From the human T2T-CHM13v2.0 reference genome, Homo sapiens: a stretch of DNA of 64,000 nucleotides. A model generated the notes under the pieces. That model did not search any database. It worked only from the letters and a program-made list of their open reading frames with translations, and was not told the DNA's origin. Each line of letters opens with the position of its first letter. Within the stretch, counting starts at the first letter, position 1. Where the stretch lies: NCBI RefSeq assembly GCF_009914755.1, contig NC_060930.1; one strand, 5' to 3'. The position numbers were made by a program, and so were the translations under genes. This document shows positions 33,901-48,246 of the stretch, piece by piece.

Positions 33901-34599
33901 GTTTGTTGTCCCAACTAAAGGTGAGATGGACTTTGTTTCAATCAAAACTGTTCCACTTTGATCATATCTCTCTAGTGTTTTCCACTTTTTTTCCAAATGG
34001 ATTTTTATTTTATTTGAAGCATGTAAAAGACATAAAAAGAGAGGTAACTAGGAGAAGAATTTGGATGGAGGGTCTGGAGGCGTGGCAGCCTTAACCTGCA
34101 GCCTCACTTCTATAGGAATCACCCTAGAGTTCCACAGAACAAAGTTAGGAAACTCTTGTTCTAAACAGTGGAGGCCAATTAGGATCACTTGGAGAGCATT
34201 TAAAAAGTTCTAATGCCTGTGCCTTATTCCCAGAGACCACAATTTATTGGGTCAAAAGTAAGTTCTGAAAGTCAGGATTTTTTGGAAAGCTCCAGGTGAG
34301 TCTATGCAGGAGCTAGAATTGATAACCCTTGCCCGGGAGTACCACTGAGAGGTCACGGCAAGTCTGAACAAAATCTTACTTCTGACACAAACTAAACATT
34401 ACACCAGGCAGGGATGGCCTGGGATTTGGTGTTCCTGATGTGTCTCTGAATCCTTAGACCCAGACAGATCTTGCTTTAGAGTTTTGTTTCCCAGGGTATT
34501 TACTCCATGGTTTTTTTTCTTAATAAAGAATTTTATTGTAAATAGTTACATTAATAAATAGCAAAGCTATTGCTATTTTCAGTCCACTTAGGTTTGTTT

Positions 34600-35403
<804 letters not shown>

Positions 35404-35544
35404 GTTTCATAAGTCAGTTTCACATGAGTTTCATCCAAATAACTTAAACAGCAGAAATAAAACCAATAATCTTCAATGCAAAGGCAGAGCAGCCTAGATA
35501 TTCATGTGCTGGGATACCCGGAAGATTCAAAACTTCTCCCCTAG

Positions 35545-35700
35545 GAGGGAGAGCATTTGGACCAATGCCTAATGCATGCAGGGCTTAAAACCTAGATGAC
35601 AGGTTGATAGGAGCAGCAAACCACCATGACACATGTATACCTATGTAAGAAGCCTGCGCGTTCAGCACATGTATCCCAGAACATAAAGTAAAATTTAAAA
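35545..35700 (+). mobile_element. Severely 5'-truncated L1PA 3' end
   Basis: gcaaaccaccatgacacatgtatacctatgtaa...cccagaacataaagtaaaa, with 16-bp TSD aaaacttctccc(c/t)tag. Confidence 0.85.
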
Positions 35701-36752
35701 AAACTTCTCCCTTAGAGTATTTTTAGTAATAGAGCAAAAATGACATCTACATGCAGCCAGATTTCTTGTAAGTCCTGATTATGAACAAAAATGGAAGATG
35801 GACATTCATAAGGAAGGTGAGAGGCAGTGCTAAGTTATTTAGTGACTTGCAGAATTTACTAAGAATCAACCCCTAAGAGATTCTTCTCTGTGATGAAAGA
35901 AAAAATAATATTATGCAAATGCAGTCATAATAAAAGTTTAAGGGTAATTCCTCTGCAGGTGCTTTGCCTTCATGTTGGAACTCTGCCATAAACAGTGGAT
36001 GTGGCCTTCTGGGTTTGATCCAATCAGTCTCAAAATCCACAAAGCTTGTGGCTATACACATATGCTTTTCCACAAAAGAAAATTTCCTACATTTTTCCTT
36101 TTTCACCCCTCCCAGAGGTACAAAGCGGAATAGACCAAATGGGTGAGTGATTACATAAGGCAGTTCTTGCCTATTCAGTGGGGAGAAACAAGCCTAAGTG
36201 GTTATGCTTGTTTAAACAAGTTTCATGTTTTTAATAATCTATCTGCCATATTTCTGGCCCAAATTGTAAGATGTCTTAAAATAATTTATAAATTGTTTTT
36301 GCTGTGAATATTCATCATTTTTTAAATATTGAGAATTTTATTACCACAAAGAATTTTTCTTTCCTTTTAATTGATTTCCGCTCCCTTCTCTACTCAAAAC
36401 TGCTACTAAATAGGAAAATGGTCTGACATTCAGCTAACTGTGATGCCAGCCTTCTCTGGAATGTTGTGTTGTGTTGGGCTGTGACTTCCATGGAATTCAA
36501 TTCCTGTTTACCAAGGGCTCCCACTTATTTTATTTTAATATAGTATGTTGAAAAGAGTGGAAAAAAGAAAAGCAATTCAATAGGCTCTTACAATTAGGTT
36601 TTGAGTTAGCCTTTGAAAAACAGGACGAGCAAAGAAAGATTTTATTTTTAGGCTTATCTGATAAGTTTCCTTTGTTGTTGTAGTTGTTGAGGGATTACAG
36701 GGATTAGTAATCTTAGAAAAATGTTGAGAATGAGGCATATACGGTGTTTTAC

Positions 36753-37009
36753 CCTTGGGTCCTCCCCTGCCTACACTGTGCTGAGAACTGCTCTCTCTGA
36801 CCGGGTCTCCTGTTTCTACCTGGTTTGTTGTGAACCTGTGTTCTCCACATTTGTCCTGACTCTTCAGGTGAATAACTGAGCCTTTCACTTGGCTTTGCTG
36901 CAACCCTTCAGCTCTGTGCGTGGTAAGGAATGCCTGGGTTGCAAATCTCACTAGACCCTGGGGACTCTGTTCCGTTCCAATACCTGGGTTTCCTACTTCA
37001 ATCTTTTGG
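36753..37009 (-). CDS. TRAPPC3L: Putative alternative TRAPPC3L exon B (QKIEVGNPG...GRGGPK)
   Basis: cctcccaccccag acceptor, phase 2 matching exon A. Open 257 nt. AGG|gtaaaa donor, phase 1. Confidence 0.55.
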
Positions 37010-37195
37010 CTGGGGTGGGAGGCATGTACAATAACAGCTAATTTCTCAAATATCTATTTACATGTTATTCTAAGATAAGACAGTGGCGAGATATTAAAAA
37101 ATTTTAGAATCTTTGTAACTAACAGAGTCACAACTGTTGGCTGTCTAATGGAAGGGAAATATGGGGTAGCCTCCATGCACCCTCCTGCTTCCCAC

Positions 37196-37347
37196 CCTAC
37201 AGTTAGGGATTTCCTGTCAGGCTGCTTTTGGTAGACAGAGCACTGTGCTGCTCGAGGTAAAGTAGATTGGAGCTGAGTGGAAGTTGTCCACCATTCGTAT
37301 CTGCCTTCAGTGTCTATGTGGAGAGCACAGAACCCCCTCTCCATGTC
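37196..37347 (-). CDS. TRAPPC3L: Putative alternative TRAPPC3L exon A (DMERGFCALH...KSLTVG)
   Basis: cttctgccttgcag acceptor, phase 0 compatible with exon 3. Open 152 nt. GG|gtggga donor is weak. Confidence 0.55.
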
Positions 37348-38631
37348 CTGCAAGGCAGAAGTTACATGTCATCTGGTGAGGTTGACAGGTAGGCAGTTGC
37401 AATGATGTGCCTTCCACCCTCATGAGGTGAATGCAGCATGAATGAGTCACTTTTTGAGAGGACCATCAGCAAAAATCAGTCTCCACAATATCAGTGAGAG
37501 ATTTTAACCAAGTGAAGGGCAGAGATTGAATGAAAATAAACAGGTTCCAGGTCTTTTATTTTATGGCCCCCAGGCTGCATTTCTGAGCCTATACCATAAA
37601 GTAAGTTGTGTGTAAGAGGAGTGTGTGCGGAAGAGGGTTGAGGAATGGAAAGCAACTCTAAAACTGAGTTTTACATATTCATCCTAGTAAAAGAAAGAAC
37701 ATTCAGAGGACAGGAAAAAAAATGCCTCCCCATTTTATGCACAGCATTATGATGGCAGCAAAATTCAAGTGTTGTGCATCATACTGGGTGCATTACATCT
37801 AGACTTAGACCCAGAATTGTGAAATATGGTGACTTTTAGAGAAGTATTTGTTTTTAAGATGCATGTTATTTAGAAAATGAAGGAAGCCAAATATAATTAG
37901 AAAAAAAAAGCAAAGTAAGTAAAATACAGAAGCATAAGGAACAAACCACCCCCCCTCCTTTTTAAGAAAAAGGAAAAAACAGCCTAAGATATGTTACTGT
38001 CTCTGACTTGAATGCCCTGGTTTAAGTTCATTTCATCTGGGCACTTTTCCTATTCACATTAAAAATCAGATTGTCTCTGCTAACATTCTTTGAAAAAAGA
38101 AAACACACAGAATGTCAAGAGAAAGGACTGAAAAAGACTTAGAAAAAAGAGTAACAAAAGAAAAAGCCCCACAGGATTAGATGACCAGAGCAAACTTTTG
38201 TAATTGGTTCCTTTATAAGAAGTTCAAAGGGAAACCTAATACTACCTATTGTAGCACAACATCATTTTTCTTTGGAGAATTTAGTTATCTCCCTTCTACC
38301 AAAGCGTTCCTCTGAGCTCACTGTTCTGAATAATGTCTGCCCCACTCTTGCTAATGGTCTAAAATATTTACTTTGCATTAACAATGTGGTTTCACTTGAC
38401 TGCTTCCAAGTGCAGAGTCATTTTATTTTGAAGTGTTTGCTTTCTTTATTATTATCTGCAAATGTATAACAAAGACAGTTTTGTCTACTTCAATACCTTA
38501 CAGTTAGCATACTAAATGGAGTCTGCAACACTAGTTACGTGCCCCAAATTCTAGCTCTGAAACAAAGAAAAACAAACACCAGCATCAGTAACATAAATAA
38601 TGTGAGCAGAAGGTTCATAGATAAAGTGAGA

Positions 38632-38635
<4 letters not shown>

Positions 38636-38666
<31 letters not shown>
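38636..38666. repeat. (TA)n microsatellite
   Basis: Directly visible. Confidence 0.95.
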
Positions 38667-38669
<3 letters not shown>

Positions 38670-39975
38670 ACTAATTTCCTAGACAAGAAGAACAAGATAT
38701 TTGTCAATTACTTTGCCCTGTTTTGGAAAATCTTGGAATGTTTTTCATACCCAGATTCCCTTCCTGAGGGGCTCCCTATGATCACCATGTTCTATCTAAT
38801 TATCCTGCCATTCTGGCCACAGTTAATGGATTAGGGTGGGCATTGTGAGCCTGGACAGTCAGTTCATAGCTTGGCTAGAGCCCTGGAAGTGACCTAGCAT
38901 GAAACTCTACTTAACACAGGGCTAGTGATTGGCTGGACAGGTTAAAGACTCTCTTTTTGGGACTTTAAATATGAAACACATAGAGAAAGTCACAGTTTGG
39001 GTGATTGGGCAGAATGCAAATGACACCCAGAGAAAAGAGAGTAAGCAGAAGCCATGAGGCAACAAAAACTGTGAAACACCAGAAGCAGTGAGGTGGAGAG
39101 AAGGAAAAGAAAAATGGAAAGATATTAGTAGGTAATTATAAGAGCAGAACAAGCAGAGAAGGGTTGAGTCATGAAAATGGCACAGGACTGAAGTAGAGAA
39201 CCACAAAGACTTGCTGCTGAGGGTTCAAGATAGACTAAAACTGTAAGGATTTTCCCATTTTGGTTCTTTCATGGGGTCTGATTATCGTGTCCCAGAATAT
39301 CTCTACAATAAACCCTAAAGGTCTGACATAAACCAAATGCTGGTAACCTAAAGGAGTCTACCTAACACAATTTGGCTCCATGATGAATTTTAGGATAATT
39401 TTCAAGCATTTTCCATAATAATATGAAATGCACTATGTAATGATTTGGTTACCTACTTAATATTTGCATTTTAAATCACAGTTGACCTCAGAGTAGCAGA
39501 ATGAATATCCCTCTTCTGAAACCTTCTACACTCATATAATAAATAATGGAAAAAACAATAATAAATATACAATTTAATATAATTAAAATTTATTTATATT
39601 TAATTTATATTTAATTTTAAAATATAATATAATAAACAATAATGGAAAAAACAAATGTTTCAATAAAATTACCAAGTTGAGTTCGCTGTCATTATTTAAT
39701 AAGAATCAGTTATTGTCCTGTTCAGGATCCTACCGCAGTTTAAATCTTGTTGCTGTGGATTTGTTATTGTGAACAACCAGGTACTTTTAGAGCACTGATT
39801 TTCAGTGTAATGAAAATTGCTTGAAATAAGAGGGCTGCTTCTGCATGTAGTGTTAGTATTGAGCAGACAGGGTAGGAGTCTTTCATTTAAAGACAAATGT
39901 GGAGCACTGCCCTCTTCTGGACAGACTAGGAGGAGCAACAGGGTGTAGATGTGAAAAGTTCTTCTAGTATTTTCT

Positions 39976-40123
39976 CTCTTTTTTGTCTTTTTTTTCCTTT
40001 TTCTGGAGAACGGGGTCTCGCTATATTGCCCAGGCAGGTCTCGAACTCCTGGGCTCAAGCTATCCTTCCGCGTCTTGCCTCCCTGAGAGAGGGAATTACA
40101 GGCGTGAGCCACCGCGCCCGGCC
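39976..40123 (-). pseudogene. BC200 (BCYRN1) RNA retropseudogene
   Basis: Minus strand: GGCCGGGCGCGGTGGCTCACGCCTGTAAT..CTCTCAGGGAGGC..GGATAGCTTGAGCCCAGGAGTTCGAGACCTGCCTGGGCAATATAGCGAGACCCCGTTCTCCAGAAAAAGGAAAAAAAAGACAAAAAA, carrying BC200-diagnostic bases. TSD ttctagtattttct. Confidence 0.9.
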
Positions 40124-43100
40124 GGTTTTTCTAGTATTTTCTAAGTTCACTTTAACAGTATTTAATAAATGTCAACAGGTGTGGATTTACCTGGTGAACC
40201 AAATCCCAAGAATGCTATAAATGATCCCTCCTTTGGAAAAACTTACAGATCTGATGGGGAAATGAAATTGTAAATGAAAGGCAACTTCACTGGCTAATAC
40301 AATAAAGAATCAAATTAAACAAAATTTACTAGTATTATCATAACTTTGGGAAACTGTATTACTTCCACTTTTGTGAAACATTTTTGCTTTCTTTAGATGT
40401 AGACTGGAACTATGTACAAAATAAGCTGGTCAACAGCAAATCGTTGGAAGATCAACAGGCACAAAACACGATAAAATTGAATCTCACAAACTGATTAAAA
40501 CATTAAACTAAAATGCAGACTTACATTGCTCTGCTTTCATAATAAAGGTAGGTTAAGTAAGGTTAATCATGGGTTCCCTTACCTTTACAAAGTTGCTTTG
40601 TCATTTTTGCTTACTTATCTTAACATTACAACTCTTGCTTCACATAATGCAAACTAATTATCTCCCTTTGGCACAGAAAGATCTAATGAACATTTCAGAA
40701 CGTCAACTTGGTTAATTTAAAGCCTATGAGACCCACTGGCAGGCTTTAAGTCTAAGCCCCCAGCTACATCTTTCACTGGGTGGTAGCTTAAGGGCCAGTC
40801 TGCCATTTATCCTTGCATATCACCACCTTGGGCTTCCACGGAAGAAAGTATAAATTATTGGCGGGTGATATTCTGGAGTTCTTGGCCACAGTGTCATTTA
40901 ACAGCACTTCTAACAGCAGTCAAATAGAGACAGTAGATTTATAGTCATTGGAGGGATTGAGAAAGCGAACATAGATTTGGTTGCAGAAGTTGAAGAAATT
41001 TGTAGGAAAAAAGAGGTAGTGGTTGTATTTAACAAATTTCACAGTATTTAACAAAAAGTCTTTATTTCAGAAGAAAAGTTTGCACACTGAAAATTGTGCT
41101 CTTCAGCCTATTTTGTGTCTTCAGTGGCAAGAAGTTGACACCACTCTAGCAAGAAAAACACGTGGCTTCATTTGCCACCTCTTCCTTCCACCAGACAGCT
41201 AGAGTTGCACTGAGTGGCCAGAATAATTCCAGCGTGAGAGAGCAGGTAGGATAGGGTCAAACGTGAGGCCACCAAAATTTAAAACGGCAATAGAAATGTA
41301 AGTAACAATCAGGTTGGCTCGGCTCATGCCTTCTGTACTGGTTGTCAGATTATTGCCTCTCAGCTTAAAACCTGCTGTTCAATGCCCTACTTGTAACGCT
41401 AGAGCTCCATCATGCAGACATTTCTCCTTGGCCAGAAGAAGGTGCTGCAGGGACACTGCAGGAAGAAGGGGCTTTTCTTCTGTCTCTAGCGTGCCTTTTG
41501 TTGGCTTGCTCCTGCTGTGAATTGTGACTGGCAGGGCATAGAATACCCAGTGGCCTTTCCTTCCTAACTTGCTACTTCCAGCTTATAGTTTTCTTACTGT
41601 CCCCATCAGCCCACTTACACCCTAATGTGAGTTTCCTGATTGCAAGGTTTAGCCCATTGTTCCCTGCCGGCAGTCTGAGTCTAGCAACACAGCAGCCTTC
41701 TCCACTATCCATAGTCTGTAATCATACCTTCCCCAACAAGATTTGAATCCCAGCCTTAAGAAGTGGAACTCTGTCTAAAAAGGATTCCTCCTTTGGGTAC
41801 TCAACTCTCACCCATAAATTCTGTAGTGCGTTTTTTTTTTCCCCTTTCTCAGTAGCTAATCCCCTATAAATAGCTAATAATGTTTTATATTCAACCTTTC
41901 ATTTTGAAATGATTGTGTGATTCCTGTCTCCTGACTGAAACCTCTCTGGCTCGCCTTCCAAGCTGTGGGACTCCCCTCTGAAAATGTCTAATAAAATCAG
42001 ATTTGGACATCCTTGTTGAAGTGTCAAATCAGTGCTTCAAATCTGTATTGGAGATTGGAAATCTATAGCCCTCATGCTGTCTCCATTCTAAAGCAGCTCA
42101 GGAGTTTTGGCTTGAAATATTTTCATTCGTCCTATAGATTCAGTCATAGCAGTCTTGTGCATTCAGATCAGAAGCAGAAGAAAAAAAAATATGACTAGTA
42201 TGATTTGCTGAAATTTTTCTGTGTACACTCAACTCTAATCTCAAATGGAACATTTTATTGAAATAAAAATGATTCACCCACTGGGAAAAAAATTCCCCCT
42301 GCTATTCTGTTTTCTCTCTGGATTATGTGCCTAAATCTTTTGTCCTAGAGTTTATGCTTACAAAATTCACCACTTAGATTTACTTCCCTGCTTTAGGCAC
42401 CCTCATTCATATTGCTTCCTATGATCATTTCCTTGATTTTTTATTACTCATCCCCCAAAATCATTGCTCACATTATTTAATTAAGGTAAAATTTCAATTT
42501 ATACTATAAAAGAAAAGTTCTCTTCTTTTGCTTTCCAGAATTTCCAACAAGTACAGTATATTAGATGCTGATTTTTTAAACCTAAAAATCGGGGTTTCAA
42601 GTTTTTTAAGTCTTTTTATGCTGTATTTAAAAATCCCTTCTTACTGTGACAACAAAGTAATGTGATATTTACACTGAAAAATGATAAATTCCCCCACGTC
42701 CCTCAGAGTAATCATCATATTGACATGGACCTGAGAGCAAAAAGCTTCTCAACTTTGACAAACATAATTTGTGCAAGGCCGAGCAGTTATAAACATTGTC
42801 AGTAACTAGAAGGTATGGATGGATGCTCTGCAGGAGGCTTTGGAAGCTACATTCACCACACTCAGCTATTTATGATTATAATTCAATGTGCAGATGATAG
42901 CTAGTGAAAATAACACCTGAAATTCAGAAGAATGACAGCTGAAAGAGGTCTCTTCTGACAAATATGGAAACCAAAGTTTGGACAGCTTAAGCAACTTGCT
43001 TGGAGTCACACAGTGGGAATGTGGATCAGCAGGATGTGGACTCTTCCTTTTTAATCTCCACTACATTGGACATGGTTAGGCCAGTGCTCATCTACTGGTG

Positions 43101-44040
43101 AGGATCACAGCTCCTTGTGTCCAAACTACTTTCAAAAGGCAACATTATTATAATTATTGTCAAGCCTAGCCTTTATAATCATCTTGATTTAAATGATCAA
43201 GTTTATCTCTAATTAGCTTCTCCTAATAACGAAACTATTTTATCATAAATGTGTTTGGAAACCCTAAAATATATTTTGTATAACTAAGGAGGTTTTTTGG
43301 CTCTTTGACCAGAGACAGGTGCAATTGCACTTTCTACTTTCCCTTATAATAAACAGAAAGACATATAGGTCTGTAAGTAACAGTTGAATTATCTAATATT
43401 TCATTATTACAACTAAAATCAGCTATGGTAATTCTACTGAATATTACACATTTTCATTTAGACCAACTGCAAAATTTTTCTCAGAACAGTTACCATAGTA
43501 GAAAAATATCTTTAAAGATATATTTTAAACAATTAGTTTGTGGAAAAAACACTAGAATAAGGTCAAAAGAATTAAATTCTAAGCTGGCTTTTCTTACTAT
43601 GTGTCCATGGTGATAGCAGATAAGTCTCAATTATTCTATCAGTAAAATGGGGCTAATGATAGATGATAGATGTTCTTTTTATTTCACAAGGTTCTTATAA
43701 GGGAAATACAGGTAATAGGTAGGAGTTACTTTGAACTTTTATAAAGAAAATATCAATGCTATTAAAGTTTTTCAATACCATGTTATAATGCTGTTGACTT
43801 ACAAATGTTCAAAATAAATTAGTATGTCTTATTTAATATTTGTAGTTGTACTTTGAAGTAACTACTACAAAAAGTTAAGTTGTATATTATAAAATTCTGT
43901 TTTAAAAATGGATGAATTTTAATGTTGTAGGAATGAGACTTTATAATTAACTTGGCATCTTTTTTTTATATAAAATGCAAGGTCAACTAAAGATTTTTGC
44001 CTTCAATGATTTGGCCATTATCATGGGATTTCTTTTCAGA

Positions 44041-44054
44041 CCACTAGATGGCGC
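44041..44054 (+). promoter_or_regulatory. Candidate CTCF binding site
   Basis: CCACTAGATGGCGC matches the core consensus CCASYAGRKGGCRS exactly. Confidence 0.65.
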
Positions 44055-46449
44055 AACTTAAGTCTACTACTTGTTAAAAGACATTGTCAGAGGCCTAATG
44101 ACAGACCGACCTCCTCTTTGAAGAAAAAAACTAGTGAGGGAAACAAGAGAGGGGAATGTTATGAATACCTGAAGTTACACAGTCCTTCTCTCGCAAAGGC
44201 AGAGGCGTGCTGAGTGCAGTGTAAGTTCAGGAAACCTGTTCCTACATGTAGTCTTTTTACTAACTCAGAGGGAGGGATCACTTCTCCTGTCTGGGCATAG
44301 GTTTCTTCATCTAGTCAATTCTCTTCAAATGCATTCCTTCTCTCTCTTTCCTTCCCTGGAGACAGGACAGAGATCATGAGTTTTATGGGTGCCATGGTCT
44401 CTAGGTGCTCAGTACTTGAGACGGATGATGATGGTGTTCGGTAGAAGTGTGTGGTCTGAGAGGGGAGCCAAACAAATTTTACAGCCATTAGGTTCTATTC
44501 TTGACTCTGCCATGCTCTGGGAGCAGCATGTGACTACAGTAAACTTCTTCTGAACTTGGCCTAGTTCTCTGTAAAACTGACTGTATCATTTGACATCTGC
44601 CTCCTCTGAGGAGAGTTTACAAGGATTAATAAGATAATGCTGCCACAGGCCCGACGTTTGGATGAAAGCTGCTAATTTTTAACAAAGCTTCAGTGGGCAG
44701 GTCCATAACTAAAGTCTGACCTTTCATCTTTGTCAAAGTGCTCCTGAAATGGGTGACATTAGTGCTACAAGTAAAGGAACATTTTGTTGGAGAAGTAAAA
44801 ATGATCAAGAGGAAGGAAATCAGGCCTTTGAAGGAAGGTGCAAAGAGCAGGGACAGTTGTCTTACACTAGAGAAGGGTGAAGGTGATGAATATTCTCCTC
44901 ATTGACAAGAAAGAATCTTGCATAGGAGTGGAAGTGGATCTTTTTCCTGTTCACTGAGGACAGAAGACACAGGAAGGAATTCATCAGAATGGTTGATAAG
45001 ACATGAAAATCTTAGAGAAGGGATATTTGGAAAGCAGATGTTGTACATTTTTCTAATAGGGGAGAATCAAGCAGACTTGTTTCTAACTTGGTGAAAATTG
45101 TGTACCATTAGGAGGTCAAATTTCGTTAGAATCTTCTTTACTCTTTTAAAGACAGAATATGGTTTCTGAATATAATTTCTAAATGGGGAACATTCTGGGT
45201 TTTTTTCATGGGTCTTTTCCTGCTGAGATATGAATTCATTTTCTTTCCTATGCTCTCCATAGAACATTTCTTACTCGATTCCTCTTCAACCTTTTCTTTT
45301 TTAATCTGGAGCATTGAAAGAACTCTTGTTCTATTTCCACATATTGAAGACTTCATTGTAAGGTAAAGCGAGTAGTTCCTCATGGAAGGGACTCGAGGAG
45401 CCCTTAAATGCATTGGGCAAGGTGAGGAGCATTCGCAGGCTACCTCCTGCAGAAGAAAAGCAACTTCCTAAGGGGCCTGAACAAAAGTCTGCTTTGATTC
45501 CTTCTTTCTCCTTCCTCCCCTCTTCCCTTCCTCTTTTCTTTTCTTTCAACTAATTTTTATTGAGTAAATACCCAGTAAGAAGTCCTACATTAGGCCCCAC
45601 ATAAATATGTACTTCCTATTGGCATATTTAATTTGGCTTTCAGCTCTGTAATTTTCCTGTGGCTAATAGAGAATGGAGAATATCCTGGTCGAGGACCACA
45701 GGTAACAAGAAAGTTTTACATGAGACTTCTTAGCCACCTCTGGGAAGGATTCATATGGGATATTTGTTAGCAGCTATTTTGAAGTTAATCATAATAATTT
45801 TTAAAAGTTACCATTTTTATTTTCTACTAGAGAAGCTTTGTTCCCTTATGTTCTTCTGATTAAAATGAATATGTGGAATTATCTCTTCTGAGTCTCTTCA
45901 GAAGCTTTTCAGTGATTTGGATGTTGCCCTCAGCGCTAATAATAGACAGTAAGAAAAAACTGGAGAATCCTCCCATGTCACTGCACTATTCTAACTGGAT
46001 GAGCCAATATTCTCTGGGCCAAGGGCATTTACGGTATTGAGCATATTTCAGATAATCTCTGACCCTACATCGTGTGACAGAATGTAATTCCAGCTTCTCA
46101 GCAATGAGGTTGTATATGCCTCTACTTCCAGTTGGTTACTGCTCTTTTTTCAACAGATATTTTTTGTTCTGTTAATCATCTTCTTAAAAAAATAAGTGAA
46201 TACATTAATAAATGGCAAAAGATACATATACAAACATATCCAGAGGAATGAAATTTTTTGCTAGTTATGCTAACATATCTTTAGAATGAAGTCTCCAAAT
46301 TGCCCTTGAAATTATTCTTCAAATGTTCAAAGCCTAATAAACAACCTTAAATACAGGAGTCAGGTTTTATTTTCCACATTATATAAGTTTTCAGATTATT
46401 GGTCAATGCTCTACCGCCTTATTAATTTGCAAGACAAAGTCTTAAATCT

Positions 46450-46709
46450 TTCTTTCTTTTTTTTTTTTTTTGAAACAGGGTCTTGCTCTGTCACCCAGGC
46501 TGGAGTGCAGTTGCATGATCTTGACTCACTGTAACCTTCACCTCCCAGCCTCAAGCCATCCACCCCTCTCAGCTTTCTGAGTTGTTGGGACTACAGCTGT
46601 GCCACCACGCCCGGCTAATTTTTGTATTTTTTTGTAGAGGTGGGATTTCACCATGTTGGCCAGGCTGGTCTCGATCTCTCCATCTCCTGAGCTCAAGTGA
46701 TTTGCCCAC
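46450..46709 (-). mobile_element. Older Alu, 5'-truncated
   Basis: T-run then gaaacagggtcttgctctgtcacccaggctggagtgcag...gagctcaagtgatttgcccac. Confidence 0.88.
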
Positions 46710-47952
46710 ACTAAGCTAATGGGATGAATTTTGGCAAAGATCAAGAGGGAGTCATTCTCAAACCAATCTATCCTCATTATAGAGAGACTGTGTCTTACTA
46801 ATCAAAAAGCCTAGGGGGCTACCAACTAGAAATGCAACAAAACACAACCATCTACATTTATATATTACAAGTATTTACTTTCCATTAAAACAGCTGGTAT
46901 TCTTGTAGTATTGCCTATAGAATTAGTTTCATTAAAAAATGTTTTATTTTATTTTTCAAACTACTGTTTTGGGATCTTACTTATATTCTGACAATATAAA
47001 AAGGGACTTTTTTCCCCAGCCTGGTTAGTGGTATGATAAACTCATTGTGCTAAGGTTGGAAGATACTCGAATAACAGTTTCAACCACATTATTCACTAGC
47101 CATGAAATAATACCAGTAATAATATGAGTAAATGGAAAAATCTTTCATTTGGATTGTATTTTTAATGTAGAATTTTTCCCCACATATACTATTATTTACT
47201 GTTCATCATATTATTTCTGGAACTTAATTTTCTTATCTGGAAAATGGGGATAGTAACTCCAATTCTGCCTATTTCAGAGGGTTACTGTGACAGTGAAAGA
47301 CAAAGAGTATGTAAAACTGCATTTAGGCTCAGAAAGCATGATGGTATAGAATGACAGCCATTCATGCACAGAGTCAGTTTGGTCATGTATAACAATATTA
47401 AGGACTAGGAGAGAAAAAAAAATGAGACTGACTTAATTGATCAGTTTTGTAAACCTGGAGACACGCGTATCTTCTGAGTCTCCCACAAATTAACAACACT
47501 ACATTAATAACCATAGGCCAAGATTTTTAAAGGCTGGCTAAAGATGCATTTTCCGGTTTAATTTCTAATAAAAGTGAGCTAATCCTGGATGATTCCAAGT
47601 TGTCTCCTACATATCAGGGCTATGAAAGTTCTTAGAACAAATATATTTACAGGAAGTTCTGTTTTTCTCTTGGGAAAACAATACTCTGGGAATGACTAAA
47701 CAATATTCTTTGATACTACCAAAAACCATCTCCCTCCATGTGCTGAAAATTATCGTAAAGAAACTGGTTTGGGGCATGCATGTTTTAAGGTTGCCCTATT
47801 ACACTCCCCTTCTGTTTACCTTCTGAAAATGCTTTTTCCACTGTGAGACATATACTCTACACACTCCTGTAGTCAGGAAAATCTATAGTTGCTTAAATGC
47901 ATCTTTCAGTTCACAGTAGCTTTATCTCTGTGCTGAAATAAAATGCTTTTCA

Positions 47953-48246
<294 letters not shown>

